Part shown: piece by piece, positions 26,387-40,184 of the stretch
How positions within the stretch are numbered: the stretch's first letter is position 1
Layout: the number at the start of each line of letters is the position of its first letter
Origin: Eledone cirrhosa
Lineage: Eukaryota
Direction of reading: 5' to 3'
NCBI GenBank assembly: GCA_964016885.1
Contig: OZ024756.1
Coordinates: 25,854,001-25,918,000, forward strand
DNA: 64,000 nucleotides
The notes under the pieces: generated by a model
Seen by the model: only the letters and a program-made list of their open reading frames with translations
Database searches by the model: none
What the model was told of the DNA's origin: nothing
Made by a program: the position numbers and the translations under genes

Positions 26387-26614
26387 TTGATACTGCAAAT
26401 CTTTCCACTTATAAAGATATTATCAACATACGAAGGGCAACTGAAAAGTTTTGAGCCTCCAAGAAACTGTAGCATATACAAATATTTTCTTCCACTGGTG
26501 TTGATACTGCAAATCTTTCCACTTATAAAGATATTATCAACATACGAAGGGCAACTGAAAAGTTTTGAGCCTCCAAGAAACTGTAGCATATACAAATATT
26601 TTCTTCCACTGGTG
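26387..26614. repeat. Exact 114-bp tandem duplication spanning the mariner terminus
   Basis: The unit starting TTGATACTGCAAATC occurs at 26387 and 26501. Confidence 0.92.
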
Positions 26615-27590
26615 ATGAAGGGCCTGGATCCTGCTGAAGTAGAACTCTTTAGTTTGGTCCTCCAGGTAAATGTCCACATCGTCTGTGGTATAGTGTTGTC
26701 GAACCATATCCTTTTTTATGTTCAGGAACACATGGAAGTCAGAGGGTGTGAGGTCTGGCATTGTATGGTGGATGAGGGATGAGTTGGAACCCACAATAAC
26801 AGATTGTTGCCATTGCCATCACCGAGGTGAGGGAAGGGGTATTATCATGATGAAACAAGACCCCTTTCGTCAGCAATTCTGGCCTCTTCTTCTTGATGTT
26901 CTCATGTAGACGTTTAAACAGGTTGGCATAGTATTCTCTGGTGATGGTATGGGCCTTTTGGAAATAATCCAACAACACTATCAACAGGAAAGATCATGGC
27001 TACCATTTTCTTGTGCATCTCAGAAAATGGTAGCCATGATCTTTCCTGTTGATAGTGTGACCTTGGCCTTCTTCGACGTGGATGAGGATGGATGCTTCCA
27101 CTGTTTACACTGCTCTTTTGTTTCAGGTTGGTAGTGATGAACCCAGGTCTCGTCCATGGTTACAAATTGTGCCAGGAAATCTTCTACATCAACTTCAAAA
27201 AGTTCCAAATTGTCGGAGGACATGATGTGATGAGTGTGTTTTTGTTGTTCACTCAAAAGATGTGGGACCCAGCGTGCAGACACCTTTCTCAAACCAATTT
27301 CATTCGATATCTAACATGTTTGCTATCTGGCAAGATGACGGTCATCAATCCTCCAGCACCATCCCAAGGACAAGGTCAATATTCTCTGATGGGGTCATTG
27401 CTGATGGCATCTCAGACTCCAAGACATCTTCCACACTAATTCATTGACCCAGTGTTTGACCGTGGCATATGATAGAGCATCTTCCCCTGTGTCTTGCATG
27501 TCCTTATGGATCTTAGCTGGGGTCATGCTTTTCAACTGCATATACTTGATCACTGCTTGATACTTGAGTTTCTTTATTTTTCATAAAATG
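26429..27590 (-). mobile_element. Mariner (Tc1/mariner) transposon with a frameshifted transposase
   Basis: KYQAVIKYMQLK...SYATVKHW (HTH), RKVSARWVPHLL, VTMDETWVHHYQPETK, FHHDN, HPPY/PDLTPSDFHVF. Terminal TA-CGAAGGGCAACTGAAAAGT TIR. Confidence 0.92.
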
Positions 27591-28184
27591 CCTGAGTACA
27601 TCAACTTTAGGGCTTATGCTTGTGGTCAGTAGCTTTATGGTTTAGACTGTATTGTAGATTAGGGGCTATACTCAGGAAGGATCATTCTATTCTCATTTAT
27701 TTTCAGTCAGTATTGAAGTCCCCATATATTAGGGTTTGTATTGTAGTTCTAGACCCCCCTCTACATATGTTGGGGGCAGTACCTAGATAAGCACTCGCTC
27801 AACATATTTGGAGGGGGGGGGGGCATATTTTTTAGAGGTCAATATTGTATTTTAGGGGTTTCAGTACTATGGTCACTAGATGCAGGAAATGAAATAAGTG
27901 GGATAACAGTCAGTCTCCCTCATTCTGTATCTCTCTCTCTCTCTTGTCTGCACCAAAATATGTAGATAGAGATATAAAAGGATAGAGAGAAAGAGAGATA
28001 GTTAGATAGATAGAAACTGACAGACATAGACAGGGTCAAATGTGGTATGTGAGAGCTATCAATCTCTGTCTATTGTATCACCTGATACATTCCTTTTTGT
28101 CATTGTCCTCTCTTAATCCCCCCCCCCTCCTCCTCTACTCAACTTTTGATTTATAATCTGTCTTTTAACAACACTTTGCTGTTG

Positions 28185-28530
28185 TTCTGGTGGTGTTTGT
28201 GATGGTGTTGATGGGGTTGTTTGTAGTGGTGGTGGTGGGGATGGTGGTAGTGTGTGTTTGTAGTGGTGGTGTTTGTGATGGTGTTGATGGGGTTGTTTGT
28301 AGTGGTGGTGGGGATGGTGGTAGTGTGTGTTTGTAGTGGTGGTGTTTGTGATGGTGTTGATGGGGTTGTTTGTAGTGGTGGTGGTGGTGGGGATGGTGGT
28401 AGTGTGTGTTTGTAGGGGGGGATGGTGATAGTGTATGTTTGTAGTGGCGGTGGTGGTGGGGATGGTGGTAGTGTGTATTTGTAGTGGCGGTGGTGGTGGT
28501 GGTGTGTGTTTGTAGTAGTGATGGTGGGAA
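28185..28530. repeat. GT-rich compound minisatellite ((GTG)n-based)
   Basis: Repeated GTGTTTGTGATGGTGTTGATGGGGTTGTTTGTAGTGGTGG blocks. Confidence 0.85.
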
Positions 28531-28745
28531 TGTTGTGGTGTAGAATTAAACACAAGGTCGTATTCTTTCCTGTCATTTATGTCTTTCTGTCTCTGACACA
28601 ATACAATGTCACACCATGTATGTATATCATCATCATCATCATCATCAATTTACAACCTGGCATGGATGCATTGTATTCTGTGTCTGTGTACATACATGTA
28701 TTCAATGTTGGCAAAATGTGTGTGTGTGTATTAAATATTGGCGAA

Positions 28746-28815
<70 letters not shown>

Positions 28816-29498
28816 ATTACCATCATTTAATGTCCAATCTCCCATATCAAGGAATGGCCAGTTGCTTAAACCAGAATGTACTCTGTGTTTTATTGTGGCA
28901 TTCACCCCAGGGAGTTTGTCATGTCTTTGACACAACTAAAGGAGTTCCTTTCAATCCTTTGTTTGCTATGGTTGGATGCCCTTCCTATCACCAACCACTT
29001 TACAGAGTGTACTGGGTGTGTTATCATGGCACAAGCACTGGGGTAGATAGAGGTTGTTAACTTGACTGAAAGCTCTCCATACTCTATGGCGGGCATATGA
29101 AACTGAGGGTCCCCCGAGGGCCACACGGGTCACATATGATGTGTTGTCTGAGCGCCACATGGGTCACATATGATGTGTTGTCTGAGGGCCACACACGACA
29201 ACTAATTGTGGACATTACAACTGATTTTACAAAGATAAAACATGCTCGCACTGTAAAAATCTTTGTGCAGGCCGCAGGTGTGCTTGTAAATATGCCTGCA
29301 TGTTTGACATGCCTGCTCTAAGGGGTTGGGAGAGATAGGAAGCATGACATGGTTAAGGGACAGTGAGTGAGGAATAAGTGTATGTATGACAGATGTGCTA
29401 GGATTTGTCAAAGTGGTGAGAGGAAAGTGGGGAGTGGGTGTGATCTCGCATACAGGTGGAATACAGTGATGCAAACAAATTACTAAGGAGTTATGTTA

Positions 29499-30370
29499 AA
29501 TGTGGTTTCATGTGGTACAGGATGTTAATAGTCAAGACAGTTCTTTGCCTCTCTGCTAATGTGGTTTCATGTGGTACAGGATGTTAATAGTCAAGATAGC
29601 TCTCTGCTAATGTGGTTTCATGTGGTACAGGATGTTAATAGTCAAGATAGCTCTCTGCTAATGTGGTTTCATGTGGTACAGGATGTTAATAGTTAAGACA
29701 GCTCTTTGCCTCTCTGCTAATGTGGTTTCATGTGGTACAGGATGTTAATAGTCAAGATAGCTCTCTGCTAATGTGGTTTCATGTGGTACAGGATGTTAAT
29801 AGTCAAGATAGCTCTCTGCTAATGTGGTTTCATGTGGTACAGGATGTTAATAGTTAAGACAGCTCTTTGCCTCTCTGCTAATGTGGTTTCATGTGGTACA
29901 GGATGTTAATAGTCAAGATAGCTCTCTGCTAATGTGGTTTCATGTGGTACAGGATGTTAATAGTTAAGACAGCTCTTTGCCTCTCTGCTAATGTGGTTTC
30001 ATGTGGTACAGGATGTTAATAGTCAAGATAGCTCTCTGCTAATATGGTTTCATGTGGTACAGGATGTTAATAGTCAAGACAGTTCTTTGCCTCTCTTCTA
30101 ATGTGGTTTCATGTGGTACAGGATGTTAATAGTCAAGTCAGCTCTTTGCCGCTCTTCTAATGTGGTTTCATGTGGTACAGGATGTTAATAGTCAAGCCAG
30201 CTCTTTGCCTCTCTTCTAATGTGGTTTCATGTGGTACAGGATGTTAATAGTCAAGACAGTTCTTTGCCTCTCTTCTAATGTGGTTTCATGTGGTACAGGA
30301 TGTTAATAGTCAAGCCAGCTCTTTGCCTCTCTTCTAATGTGGTTTCATGTGGCACAGGATGTTAAGAGTT
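29499..30370. repeat. Minisatellite with 59-bp and 51-bp unit variants, 15 full units plus a partial
   Basis: The core TGTGGTTTCATGTGGTACAGGATGTTAATAGT starts at 29501, 29560, 29611, 29662, 29721, 29772, 29823, 29882, 29933, 29992, 30043, 30102, 30161, 30220, 30279 and 30338. Confidence 0.95.
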
Positions 30371-31589
30371 AACCTGTTTCTGTCTTTAATATATTCTAAT
30401 CACGAATCACACAACACACTATTATCTCTTTATCTTAAGGTGACCACCTTAGTTAACCCTATGCCTACCCTTTAGTCATATATACACATATAATAGGTGC
30501 TGGCATGACTATGTAGTTAAGGAATTTGCTCTGCAACCACCTGATTTTGGGTTCAATCCCACTACACGGAGGTGGTACCTTTGGCAAGTGTCTTCTACTA
30601 TAGTTTTTGCTTGACCTAATCTGTAGTGACTGAAATTTGTTAGACTGAAACTACAGAAGCTCATCATATATGTATATATAAACAAACATATGTGGAGGTA
30701 CGTGGCCTAGTGGTAAGGGTGTTGTACTTACGATCATAATGTCATGGGTTCAATATCTAGCTTGCGTGTTGTGTTCACACATACACAAACTTCATTTCAC
30801 GTTGCTCCAGTATACTCAGTTGAAAATGAGTACCAACAATAGCTGGGGGTTTAACCCTGCAATGGACTGGCATCCTGTCCAGGGGAGAGTCCTGTACTCT
30901 GTCGCTTCACGTCATGAAACTGGGATAAGTACTGGCCAAATGAGCCCTCCGGCTTAAAACAGACTTTAGACTTTATTTTTAATAAACAAACATATACATA
31001 GCTAATCTCTCAGACTTTTATGAAACACTGAGGAGGTAAATTTAAGATAAGGAGTGGTGTGCTTATGTGAGGAGATGCTATAAAATAGGCTGAAGACCCT
31101 TGAAGATAGAGAGATATGGGGTTAGAGTCCTCGGCTGCTATGAGGAAGTTAACCCCATATCTTTCATAGCGGCTGATAACAACTTTTTTTTCCATCTATA
31201 AAGGTCTTCACTCTATTTTATAAGCTATTTTATAGCATCTCTGCACATAGACACACTACTCTTTACATAAGTATAACTCTTGCCAGAAAGAAACAGTTAT
31301 TTATTCTTGCCAGTATATATGTCTGCTTTATTTGAAAAGAAATAGATAATAAGAAATAGATAATTAGAAAAATGTAGTTCTATTCTAGCTAATAATAATA
31401 CTATATTTATGTATTTTTACTCTAATGAAATAGATATTTAGTTAGAAGGCTCCATAGTAGTAGTTGATAGCTCCTATTACCTAGATGACCTAATTAGTGG
31501 AAAAAGTTGTTCTGAAAATAAGAATAATTTAATGAGCTACTACTCCTGTTGACAATAATAGGTTCTCTTTATGAACAAAATGTCGGCTG

Positions 31590-31830
31590 AATGATACCTG
31601 CATGTGATGTACAATGTTGCTTGGTAGTGAGACATGGGCAGTAAATGCAGAAGATATGTGAAGGCTAGAGAGAAATGAACCAAGCATGCTTCAATGGATG
31701 TTTGATGTTAATGTGTGTTAACAACAAATAATAAATGAGCTGAAAGAAAAACTGGATAAAAGAGACATCAGAGTTAGTGTGCAGGAGAAAAGACTGCGAC
31801 ATGTGATCAGTATGGATGACAATTGTTGTC
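31590..31830 (+). mobile_element. Short RTE LINE fragment
   Basis: GGTAGTGAGACATGGGCA...GAGAGAAATGA (GSETW) matches the RTE copy near 2900. Confidence 0.75.
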
Positions 31831-32589
31831 CATAAGAAAGGTTGTTTGATCAGGAGCCTTGGAATGATGCTTTATCAAAGACTGAAGCCGCTTATGAAGT
31901 GTGACTGAGATATGAACTTATATGAAGTGTGACAGACAGAGATCCCGCCATTGTTTCGAAAGCTGCACATTTGTGTAGCAAATAATGTTTGAAAATATTC
32001 AAAGCAAACCGTGTGTTGTCTGAAAAGGTTAACTGAAGCATGGTGTACAATGAAAGAATTCAATGAGAATTTTTGTTCAATCATACATATTTAGGTAAAT
32101 CAGGTCATTTGTAGTGTGTGTGTATGTGTGGGTAGCGCCAAGAGGGGTGGGGGTTGATCAATGTAATGGTGTGCTTGTATGTGTGTGTTTGTGTGGCTGG
32201 GAAAGGGGTTGCCAACGGTTGTGATTGTATATATGTGTGTGTCTGGGATAGGGGGTTGTCATAGTTGTAGTAGTGTTTGTGGTGGGGCAGGGAATCAGTG
32301 ATGTGGTGGTTGATGAGCTGGGAAGAGGTCAGAGTATGAAAGCAAACATGGGAGGAGAGACTAAATAGGATTTTTGAGATGAATAGGGAGAGCAAGGTTT
32401 GCTGAAATTCCCCCTCACCTCAGAGTTTCAGTCAGTCGATGGTGGAGAGGGGAGGAAAGGGAAAGATGGAGAGAGAGAGAGAGAGAGAGGCAGAAAGAGA
32501 TGGGAGGGAAAGAGAGAAAGAGTAATATGAACAAATTGTTTTCAATATGAAATATCTACTAAGTTATGTTATTATTCTCTTAAATGTCT

Positions 32590-33315
32590 ACCATCACTCA
32601 CCACCACTACCACCATCAACACCACAACCACCACCATCAACACCATCATCAACACTACTACCACCACACCATCAACACCACCAACAACAACACCACCAAC
32701 AACGGCATCAACAGCACCACCGCCACTACCATCATCAACACCACCACCAACACCACCACCACCATCATCAACACCAACACCACCACCACCAACACCAATA
32801 ATAACACCTTTATGTGAGTTTAACTTTAGGAACCACACATGACACAATACATGTACACCACACATACACACACCACATATACACCACACATACACACACC
32901 ACACATACACACACCACACATACACACACCACACATACACACACCACACATACACACACCACACACCACACATACACACACCACACATACACACACCACA
33001 CATACACACACCACACATACACACACCACACATACACACCACACATACACACCACACATACACACTACACATACACACTACACATACACACTACACATAC
33101 ACACACTACACATACACACTACACATACACACACCACATACACACACCACATACACACACCACATACACACACCACATACACACACCACATACACACCAC
33201 ACATACACACATCACACATATGCACACCACACATATGCACACCACACATACACACACCACATACACACCATACATACACACACCACACATACACACACCA
33301 CATACACACATCACA
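32590..33315. repeat. (CAC/CAA)n followed by (CACACATACACACAC)n low-complexity arrays
   Basis: Directly visible simple repeats. Confidence 0.92.
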
Positions 33316-33518
33316 CAATGCAAGCAACAGTTATGTATAGAATATGAAATATTAAGTTCAGATTTGTTGGTTTTCTATAGAAAGAAAGAAGCATGGGAAG
33401 TATAATATATATTCTATATATACCCCTACATGAATGCCTTGCTGTGTGTGTACTCATACACACACCTTCCTTCATGAATGCATTGCCACGTGTGTCTATG
33501 TTTATGTATATATATATA

Positions 33519-33579
<61 letters not shown>

Positions 33580-34757
33580 TATGCCTGAAAGACTTGCTCT
33601 GTGTGTGACCCACAAGTCTAACTTCTTTAGAAAGCAAGGAAAAGGATTTTAACCCTTTTGATACCAACCCACTTAAAACTACACCTGGTTCTATGATGTA
33701 TATATGAAACTGACTGTTTCAAAGTGTTTATTATTGATCTAGAAACCTTCCATCTTAATTTTTTTGTAAGAGCCTTTAAATCATGCTCTAAACACCAAAT
33801 TATTAATGAATGTTAATTATATTACCAAATCTCTGTAAATTGTTGAGTATTTTCAAATTACAGTTTTTACAGTTTCAATGTAATTAAAATGTAATTTTCT
33901 TCTTTTTTTTACTACTTCAAGGCAAATATTACTAATTTTACTTTGTTCTCAAAGCAAATAATTAAAAATTAAGATTAAATTAAATTAAATTCTAAGCCAT
34001 ACACTTTCCAGAGCAAACTGAAAGCACCCTCTCACCCTAAAAAATTTTGGGGAACTCTCTTAAATACACTAAGATTCTTCTACCTTAAGGCAAATAAGTT
34101 AATTTCAAAGTCCTATGCCTTTCATTGGCAAAGAAGAAATAACCCCCAATTTTCCCAGAATCTCTCCTTAACAGACAAGGCACTGACGAAAACGCTGTAT
34201 CAGAAATCTTTCCTTGCATCCCTGTCCTACCATGATTTAAAAGTTTTTTCACTACCTCTGTAAAAACATGCATCTGGCTACTTATCCTACCATATATAAC
34301 TTGACTATAAAACACGTATCCTAAAAATATTAGCACACAGCTAGATGGAAAGGGCCTCCAAGCCACCTTCAAGTTAAAGTCCTTAATCTTATTGTAGACT
34401 TTTTTACCTATTGTTTCACCATCTATTTCAATAGGGACATATAATTAATTAACCTTGCTAACATCACATCGATTCCTATTCACCTCTAAACTCTTCAGAT
34501 AAATCTTGTGCAGCTGACAAAGTGTTCGTTCACCTAAGACTTTGTTACTACACATTTTTTCTTCAGCTGAGTAGACTAGAACAACATGAAATGAAGTGCT
34601 TTGCTCAGGACACAACGTATAGCTTGGTCCATGAATCAAACCCACAACCTATTAATTAAGAGTGAGTCCAATGTCCTAACCACTAAGCTGCATGTCTTCA
34701 CATTTTCAAAGAAAGCTGTTCCTTTGTCTATTCTGCATATGAAGAGGTTATTTTATC

Positions 34758-34859
<102 letters not shown>

Positions 34860-35336
34860 GTATTACTCTCTCTCACATACATGTATTACTCTCTCTCTAT
34901 AGAAGAAAAATACATCATAGATTCACCTTCTGTCTTCTCAACAAACACTGCCCTTGTCTTGTGAGAGATGTGTGTGCATGTCTATATATATTATATATAT
35001 ACATATATATATATGTGTGTGTATATATATTATATATATACATATATATGTGTGTGTGTGTGTGTTACTGATAACTCCCCTTCTTCATTCTTTCTTTCCT
35101 TTCTGGAGTTGTATGTCAAGATAACTGCATCTCCCACCATCACCACCCTTTACTATTCCTCCTGACCCACCACCAACAACAACACTACCACCATCACCAT
35201 ATCATCAACAGCAACACTATCATCATCATCATCATCATAACCATAATGCATTCAATGTTAGCACTGGATAGTGTTAACTGTTGTTATTATTATTATTGTT
35301 GCTCTTATATTTAGTTAACTAGAGCAAATAGTAAGC

Positions 35337-35546
35337 TTAACCCTTTAGTATTTACATTACTCTATATTTATATATTCACACTAAGCACTTTATTTCACAT
35401 AATATCGAATCTATGAGATTTTGATATTATTTATTTTGAGAACAATACCTTAACATCAGCACGAGTGGCCAGTTACAGTTGGTTTGAACAGAGAGAGGTG
35501 AGAGAATTCTGGCCAGATATGGCCGGTTTAAATGCTAAAGGGTTAA
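35337..35546. mobile_element. piggyBac-like MITE (TTAA target, CCCTTTAG termini)
   Basis: TTAA-CCCTTTAGTATTTA...TAAATGCTAAAGGG-TTAA. Related copies at about 12183-12340, 21321-21515, 48226-48651, 50001-50435 and 53478-53787. Confidence 0.72.
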
Positions 35547-35934
35547 GACTTACAAATATGTCGGCTATTGTTGCTATATTCACTCAAGAAAACAGTGAAG
35601 TTATTAAAATTTCAGACCGGCTCACCTCTAAAATCCCAAATGAGGATCCCATGAAAAGTGCCCCAGAATGGGGAGAAATGAGGCAAAATGGGGAGATTTT
35701 ACATGAAAACTATACCCATTTTCACAAAAGACTTTTAACAGCCACCCCAGATGGGGTTAGCTAACGGGTCTGAGATTTATATATATTTTCACACTGTCCT
35801 TTAACTTCCTCCCTTAATAGGAAGTTTAGTGTATTCGTTCATGCATGGAAACATACATACTGTATATAGACACAGACACACAAGCATATATATATATATA
35901 TATATATACGATGAGATGAAAGAATGGTATTTAA

Positions 35935-36360
35935 CTAATGTAATGGTACGCGATGGGGCCCATCCACAGCCCCGGCGGACAGAATGTAGAAGGCGTTTCC
36001 CCGGAGGACGGCAAGGGAGACGTGCTGGAAAAGCCACTCCAACTCGCGGGGCTCAGCGCCTATGGTAGTGAGTAAGGAGGTAGCCCTGGGGCCGAGGACA
36101 CCAGAAGTTTCCACTGCCAGGGGAACGACCGCAAACCTGATAGAGAGCAACCTGTATTTGAGGAGTTTGGCCCCCTCAGCCCGACGTGCAGCAGAACCTG
36201 GGTCAGTCGCAGACTGCACCAGGTTGCGGCTGCAGAAAGTGTCGGTGCAAGTGGCATCCCAGACGAGGGGTTTGCCACCGCGGAACTGGAAGATGGTCAT
36301 GCCATCTGGCCTTTTGCCGTCCCCTCGGTCCAGCCCCACCGGCTCGAGCTGGGATGAGGG
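35935..36360 (-). mobile_element. CRE-like non-LTR retrotransposon 3' end (REL endonuclease)
   Basis: GLDRGDGKRPDGMTIF...LVWDATCTDT...AEGAKLLKY...VPLAVETSGVLGP...LFQHVSLAVLRGNA; a GC-rich island in AT-rich surroundings. Confidence 0.85.
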
Positions 36361-36399
36361 GAAATATTTAGATATGTTGTGTTTATATCAACATTTTAA

Positions 36400-36880
36400 T
36401 GTCGTTGGTGATGTTGATGTTCTTTTTAGTGTTGGAGTGATGTTGGTGTTGTTGTGATGATGTTGGTGTTGTTGTGATGCTGCTGGTGTTGTTGTGATGT
36501 TGTTGCTGTTGTTATGTTGTTGCTGTTGTTATGTTGTTGATGTTGTGATGTTGTGATGTTGTTGATGTCGTTGATGCTGTTGTTGTGATGTTGTTGATGT
36601 TGTTGATATTTGTGTTGTTGTTGATGCTGTTGCTGTTGTGATGTTGTTGATGATGCTGGTGTTGTTGGTGATGTTGATGTTGTGATGCAGTTGGTGGTGT
36701 TGTGATGTTTTGGTGCCACCAACACCACAACTACCACCACCACTTCCACCATCACCACTGCCACCAGCACCACAACTACCACCACCACTGCCACCATCAC
36801 CACCACCACTGCTGCCATCACTATTACCACCATCACCACTACCACCATCACCACCACACCTGCCACCACCACCACTACTA
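36400..36880. repeat. (TGT/TGA)n then (CAC)n trinucleotide low-complexity block
   Basis: Directly visible. Confidence 0.9.
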
Positions 36881-36992
36881 CAAGGCATAACTGACATTTT
36901 ATCAAGTATATTTTTGATATTTCTATAATTATAGAGAAATGTCAATAAATCACTAAACACACACACATGTTCTCACACAGAAACAAACATGA

Positions 36993-37050
<58 letters not shown>

Positions 37051-38352
37051 TCACACATGCTCACACATACACACTCACACATGCTCACACATACACACTC
37101 ACAGATGCTCACACATACACACAAACACATGCTCATCCACACACATTCATTCATAGTGACATATACACACTATCACACACACATGCACAATGTGCACACA
37201 CACTCAAGTGGATTCACACAGATTATTTGGCAGTATCTGTAGAACATCAGACAACATGCTTCGTGGCATAGAGTTACGGCCCTTTATATTGAGTTCAAAT
37301 CCCACTGAGGTTAGCTTTGCCTCTCATCCTTATGGGCTCAATAAAATAAAGTACCAGTAACGTACTGAGTAATTGCTGGCCTTGTGCCAAATGTAGAAAC
37401 AATTATTATAGACTGAGAGCAGTGGATTGGCATAGTCAGTAGAGCATCAGACAACATGCTTGGCAGTGTTTAGTTAGGCTCTCTATGGTCTGTGTTCAAA
37501 TCCTGCTGAGGTCAACTTTGTTTTTCATTTTTCCAGGTCTGACCGATAAAATAAACAACCAGTTAACTACTGGGAGTTGATATAATCAACTTTACCCATC
37601 CCCTCCCTAATTGCTGGCCTTGAGCCTAGATTAGGAACCAATATTATCATTTATATAATGCTGAGCAATGTAATATTTTAAAGGCTTTTATAAACATAAT
37701 GTATATTATTTGATATATAAACTTTACATACATGAATACATACAGCCATATTGGAGCAAACACCCTAATTCTCTCTCTATCTGCCCCCCCCCCCCCTCTT
37801 GTTTGACCTCTGCTGTTATATATCACATATAAATGTCTAATGCTTTACTCACATTCATATGGTGATCAATTTATGTTGTTTTGATTGGTGGCTTAGCTAT
37901 GACGAATGTTTTGGCATATGCTATATATGGTCATTGTGTCATTACAATAGCAGAGGTCCTACGAGCTTTTCATTCCAGAGTTGGGCCAGATTGATACAGA
38001 TCAAACCTTGAGCTGATCAATAGCGAAACGCGTGTCACCAATCAATAAACGTAATGAAGGCTTAACAAATCGTCCTTGTATTATATATATATATATATAT
38101 ATATATCATCATCATCATCATCATCAACATTTTACGTCCGCTTTTCCCAGCTTGCAAGGGTGGGACGGGAACTGATTCTGGCTTGATTTCTACAGCTGGA
38201 TGCCCTTCCTAACACCAACCTCATTTACAGTGAGATCTGGGAGCTTTTTTTGCTGTGGCACCTCCACGACCACTTTACAGTGGAAACAACACATCACCCG
38301 GTCTGAGAATTGAACTCACAACCTTTCGATTGCAAGGCCAATGCTCTAACCA

Positions 38353-38391
<39 letters not shown>

Positions 38392-38402
38392 GTGCGCACA
38401 TG

Positions 38403-38437
<35 letters not shown>

Positions 38438-38552
38438 GCATGCGAAACAAGAGGTGTGAGTTCAATTCCCATGCATGCTGATATCCATTTTTCTCACCTT
38501 CTGGGGGTTTATTTATTTTGTTATTAGACTATTTTCTGCAGTCAAAAGCAAA

Positions 38553-38616
<64 letters not shown>

Positions 38617-38643
38617 TTTGCTTTTATATATATATATGCTTTG

Positions 38644-38681
<38 letters not shown>

Positions 38682-39390
38682 CAAGGTTTAGCAAATAAGA
38701 AAAAGTTTCAAAATAAATTTCAAAAAATTCACTGTACTCACTATGGTTACCTTTACTGAATCAGTTTCGAGTCTCAAAAATAAATGGGCAGTCCTTGCGG
38801 CCTGCCATTGAAAAGATAAACTCTCGTCATATATCATCATCATCATCATCGTTTAACGCCCATCTTCCCTGCTTGCATGGATATATATATATATATATCA
38901 TCATCATCATCATTTCATTTTACGTCCGCTTTTTCCCTGCTTGCAAGGGTGAGACGGGAACTGATTCTGGCTAGATTTCTACAGCTGGATGCCCTTCCTA
39001 ACACCAACCTCATTTACAGTGAGTGCTGGGTGCTTTTTTGCCGTGGCACCTCCACGACCACTTTGCAGTGGAATGATATGGACCTATCATCCCTATCATC
39101 TCATTTCTACAGCTGAGTAAACTGGAGCAATGTGAAATAAAGTGTCTTGCTCAAGGAAACAACACATCACCCGGTCTGAGAATTGAACTCACAACCTTTC
39201 GATTGCAAGGCCAATGCTCTAACCACTAAGCCATGTGCCTCCATATATATATATATATAAGCAAGATGTTAACTTTGTCTGTGTGTCTGTCTGTCACAGA
39301 CATAATAAACAGTTGTGATTCTCACAGCACTTTAGCAGGTCAGGCTCTGATAACCCCATTCCCACAGTTTACTGTTGTTCTTAATAATAA

Positions 39391-39590
39391 GGGCGGTGGA
39401 TTGGCAGTATCAGTAGAGGGTCGGACGCCATGCTTTTCAGCATAGTTACGACCCTTTGCGATCTGAGTTCAAATCCCGCCGAGGTTGACTTTGCCTTTCA
39501 TCCTTACGGGGTCGATAAAATAAAGTACCAGTAATGCACTGGGTAATTGCTGGCCTTGTGCCTAAAGTAGAAACAGTTCTTAATAATAAC
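39391..39590 (+). mobile_element. tRNA-headed SINE with a Nin/Deu-like central domain (family B)
   Basis: GGGCGGTGGATTGGCAGTATC...GAGTTCAAATCCCGCCGAGGTT...TTTGCCTTTCATCCTTACGGGGTCGATAAAATAAAGTACCAG...GTAGAAAC(AAT)n. More than 10 copies, e.g. 41940-42075, 45072-45660 (three), 46400-46515, 48350-48535, 50205-50395, 53045-53240 and 57850-58030. Confidence 0.82.
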
Positions 39591-39837
39591 AATGATGATG
39601 ATGATGACATCCTTATGGCTTACAATTGTAGATCTATGATTGTATATGCATGTGTACTATATACATGTACATGTTTATGTGCATGCATATATATACATTT
39701 ATATGAATATGTGCATGTATGTATGTACATGTGCATATGTGTGTGCATGTATTTATTTTTTATGATTAATTTCTCAGAAACAAGACACTTTGGACTTTAG
39801 ACAACACCAACTAGGTAGTCAAGCATGCATGTATGCA

Positions 39838-39872
<35 letters not shown>

Positions 39873-39889
39873 GTATATATAGGTAATTC

Positions 39890-39977
39890 CACAACAGTTG
39901 GTTCACCATACCGAGAACAATTGTCTCGCCTTGATCCGTGAGACAATTGTTCTCGGTATGGTGAACCAACTGTTGTG
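39890..39977. repeat. Perfect 38-bp inverted repeat with a 12-nt loop
   Basis: CACAACAGTTGGTTCACCATACCGAGAACAATTGTCTC (39890-39927) pairs exactly with 39940-39977. Confidence 0.95.
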
Positions 39978-40052
39978 AAACTGCTTCTACCAAACTAGTC
40001 TCATGGAGTGAGTGCTCTACTACTATGGATAAAACTCACTAGTGTTCTACTA

Positions 40053-40111
<59 letters not shown>

Positions 40112-40184
40112 AGGTTTGCCCCAAAAGTAAGGGTACTGATGTTTTATATAGATGTCTATTAGATGTGGAACTCGGGCATTTGTG

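Noticed and set aside
29499-30370. CRISPR-like appearance (constant core with variable-length intervening sequence)
   Set aside because: The intervening parts are two recurring variants, not unique spacers. The context is eukaryotic and there are no cas genes.
32547-32600. MKYLLSYVIILLNVY as a possible signal-peptide exon of the receptor
   Set aside because: It runs into a (CAC)n repeat and a stop, with no suitable phase-1 donor.
34085-34372. 95-aa minus-strand ORF in non-repetitive sequence
   Set aside because: No domain motif and no convincing splice partners.
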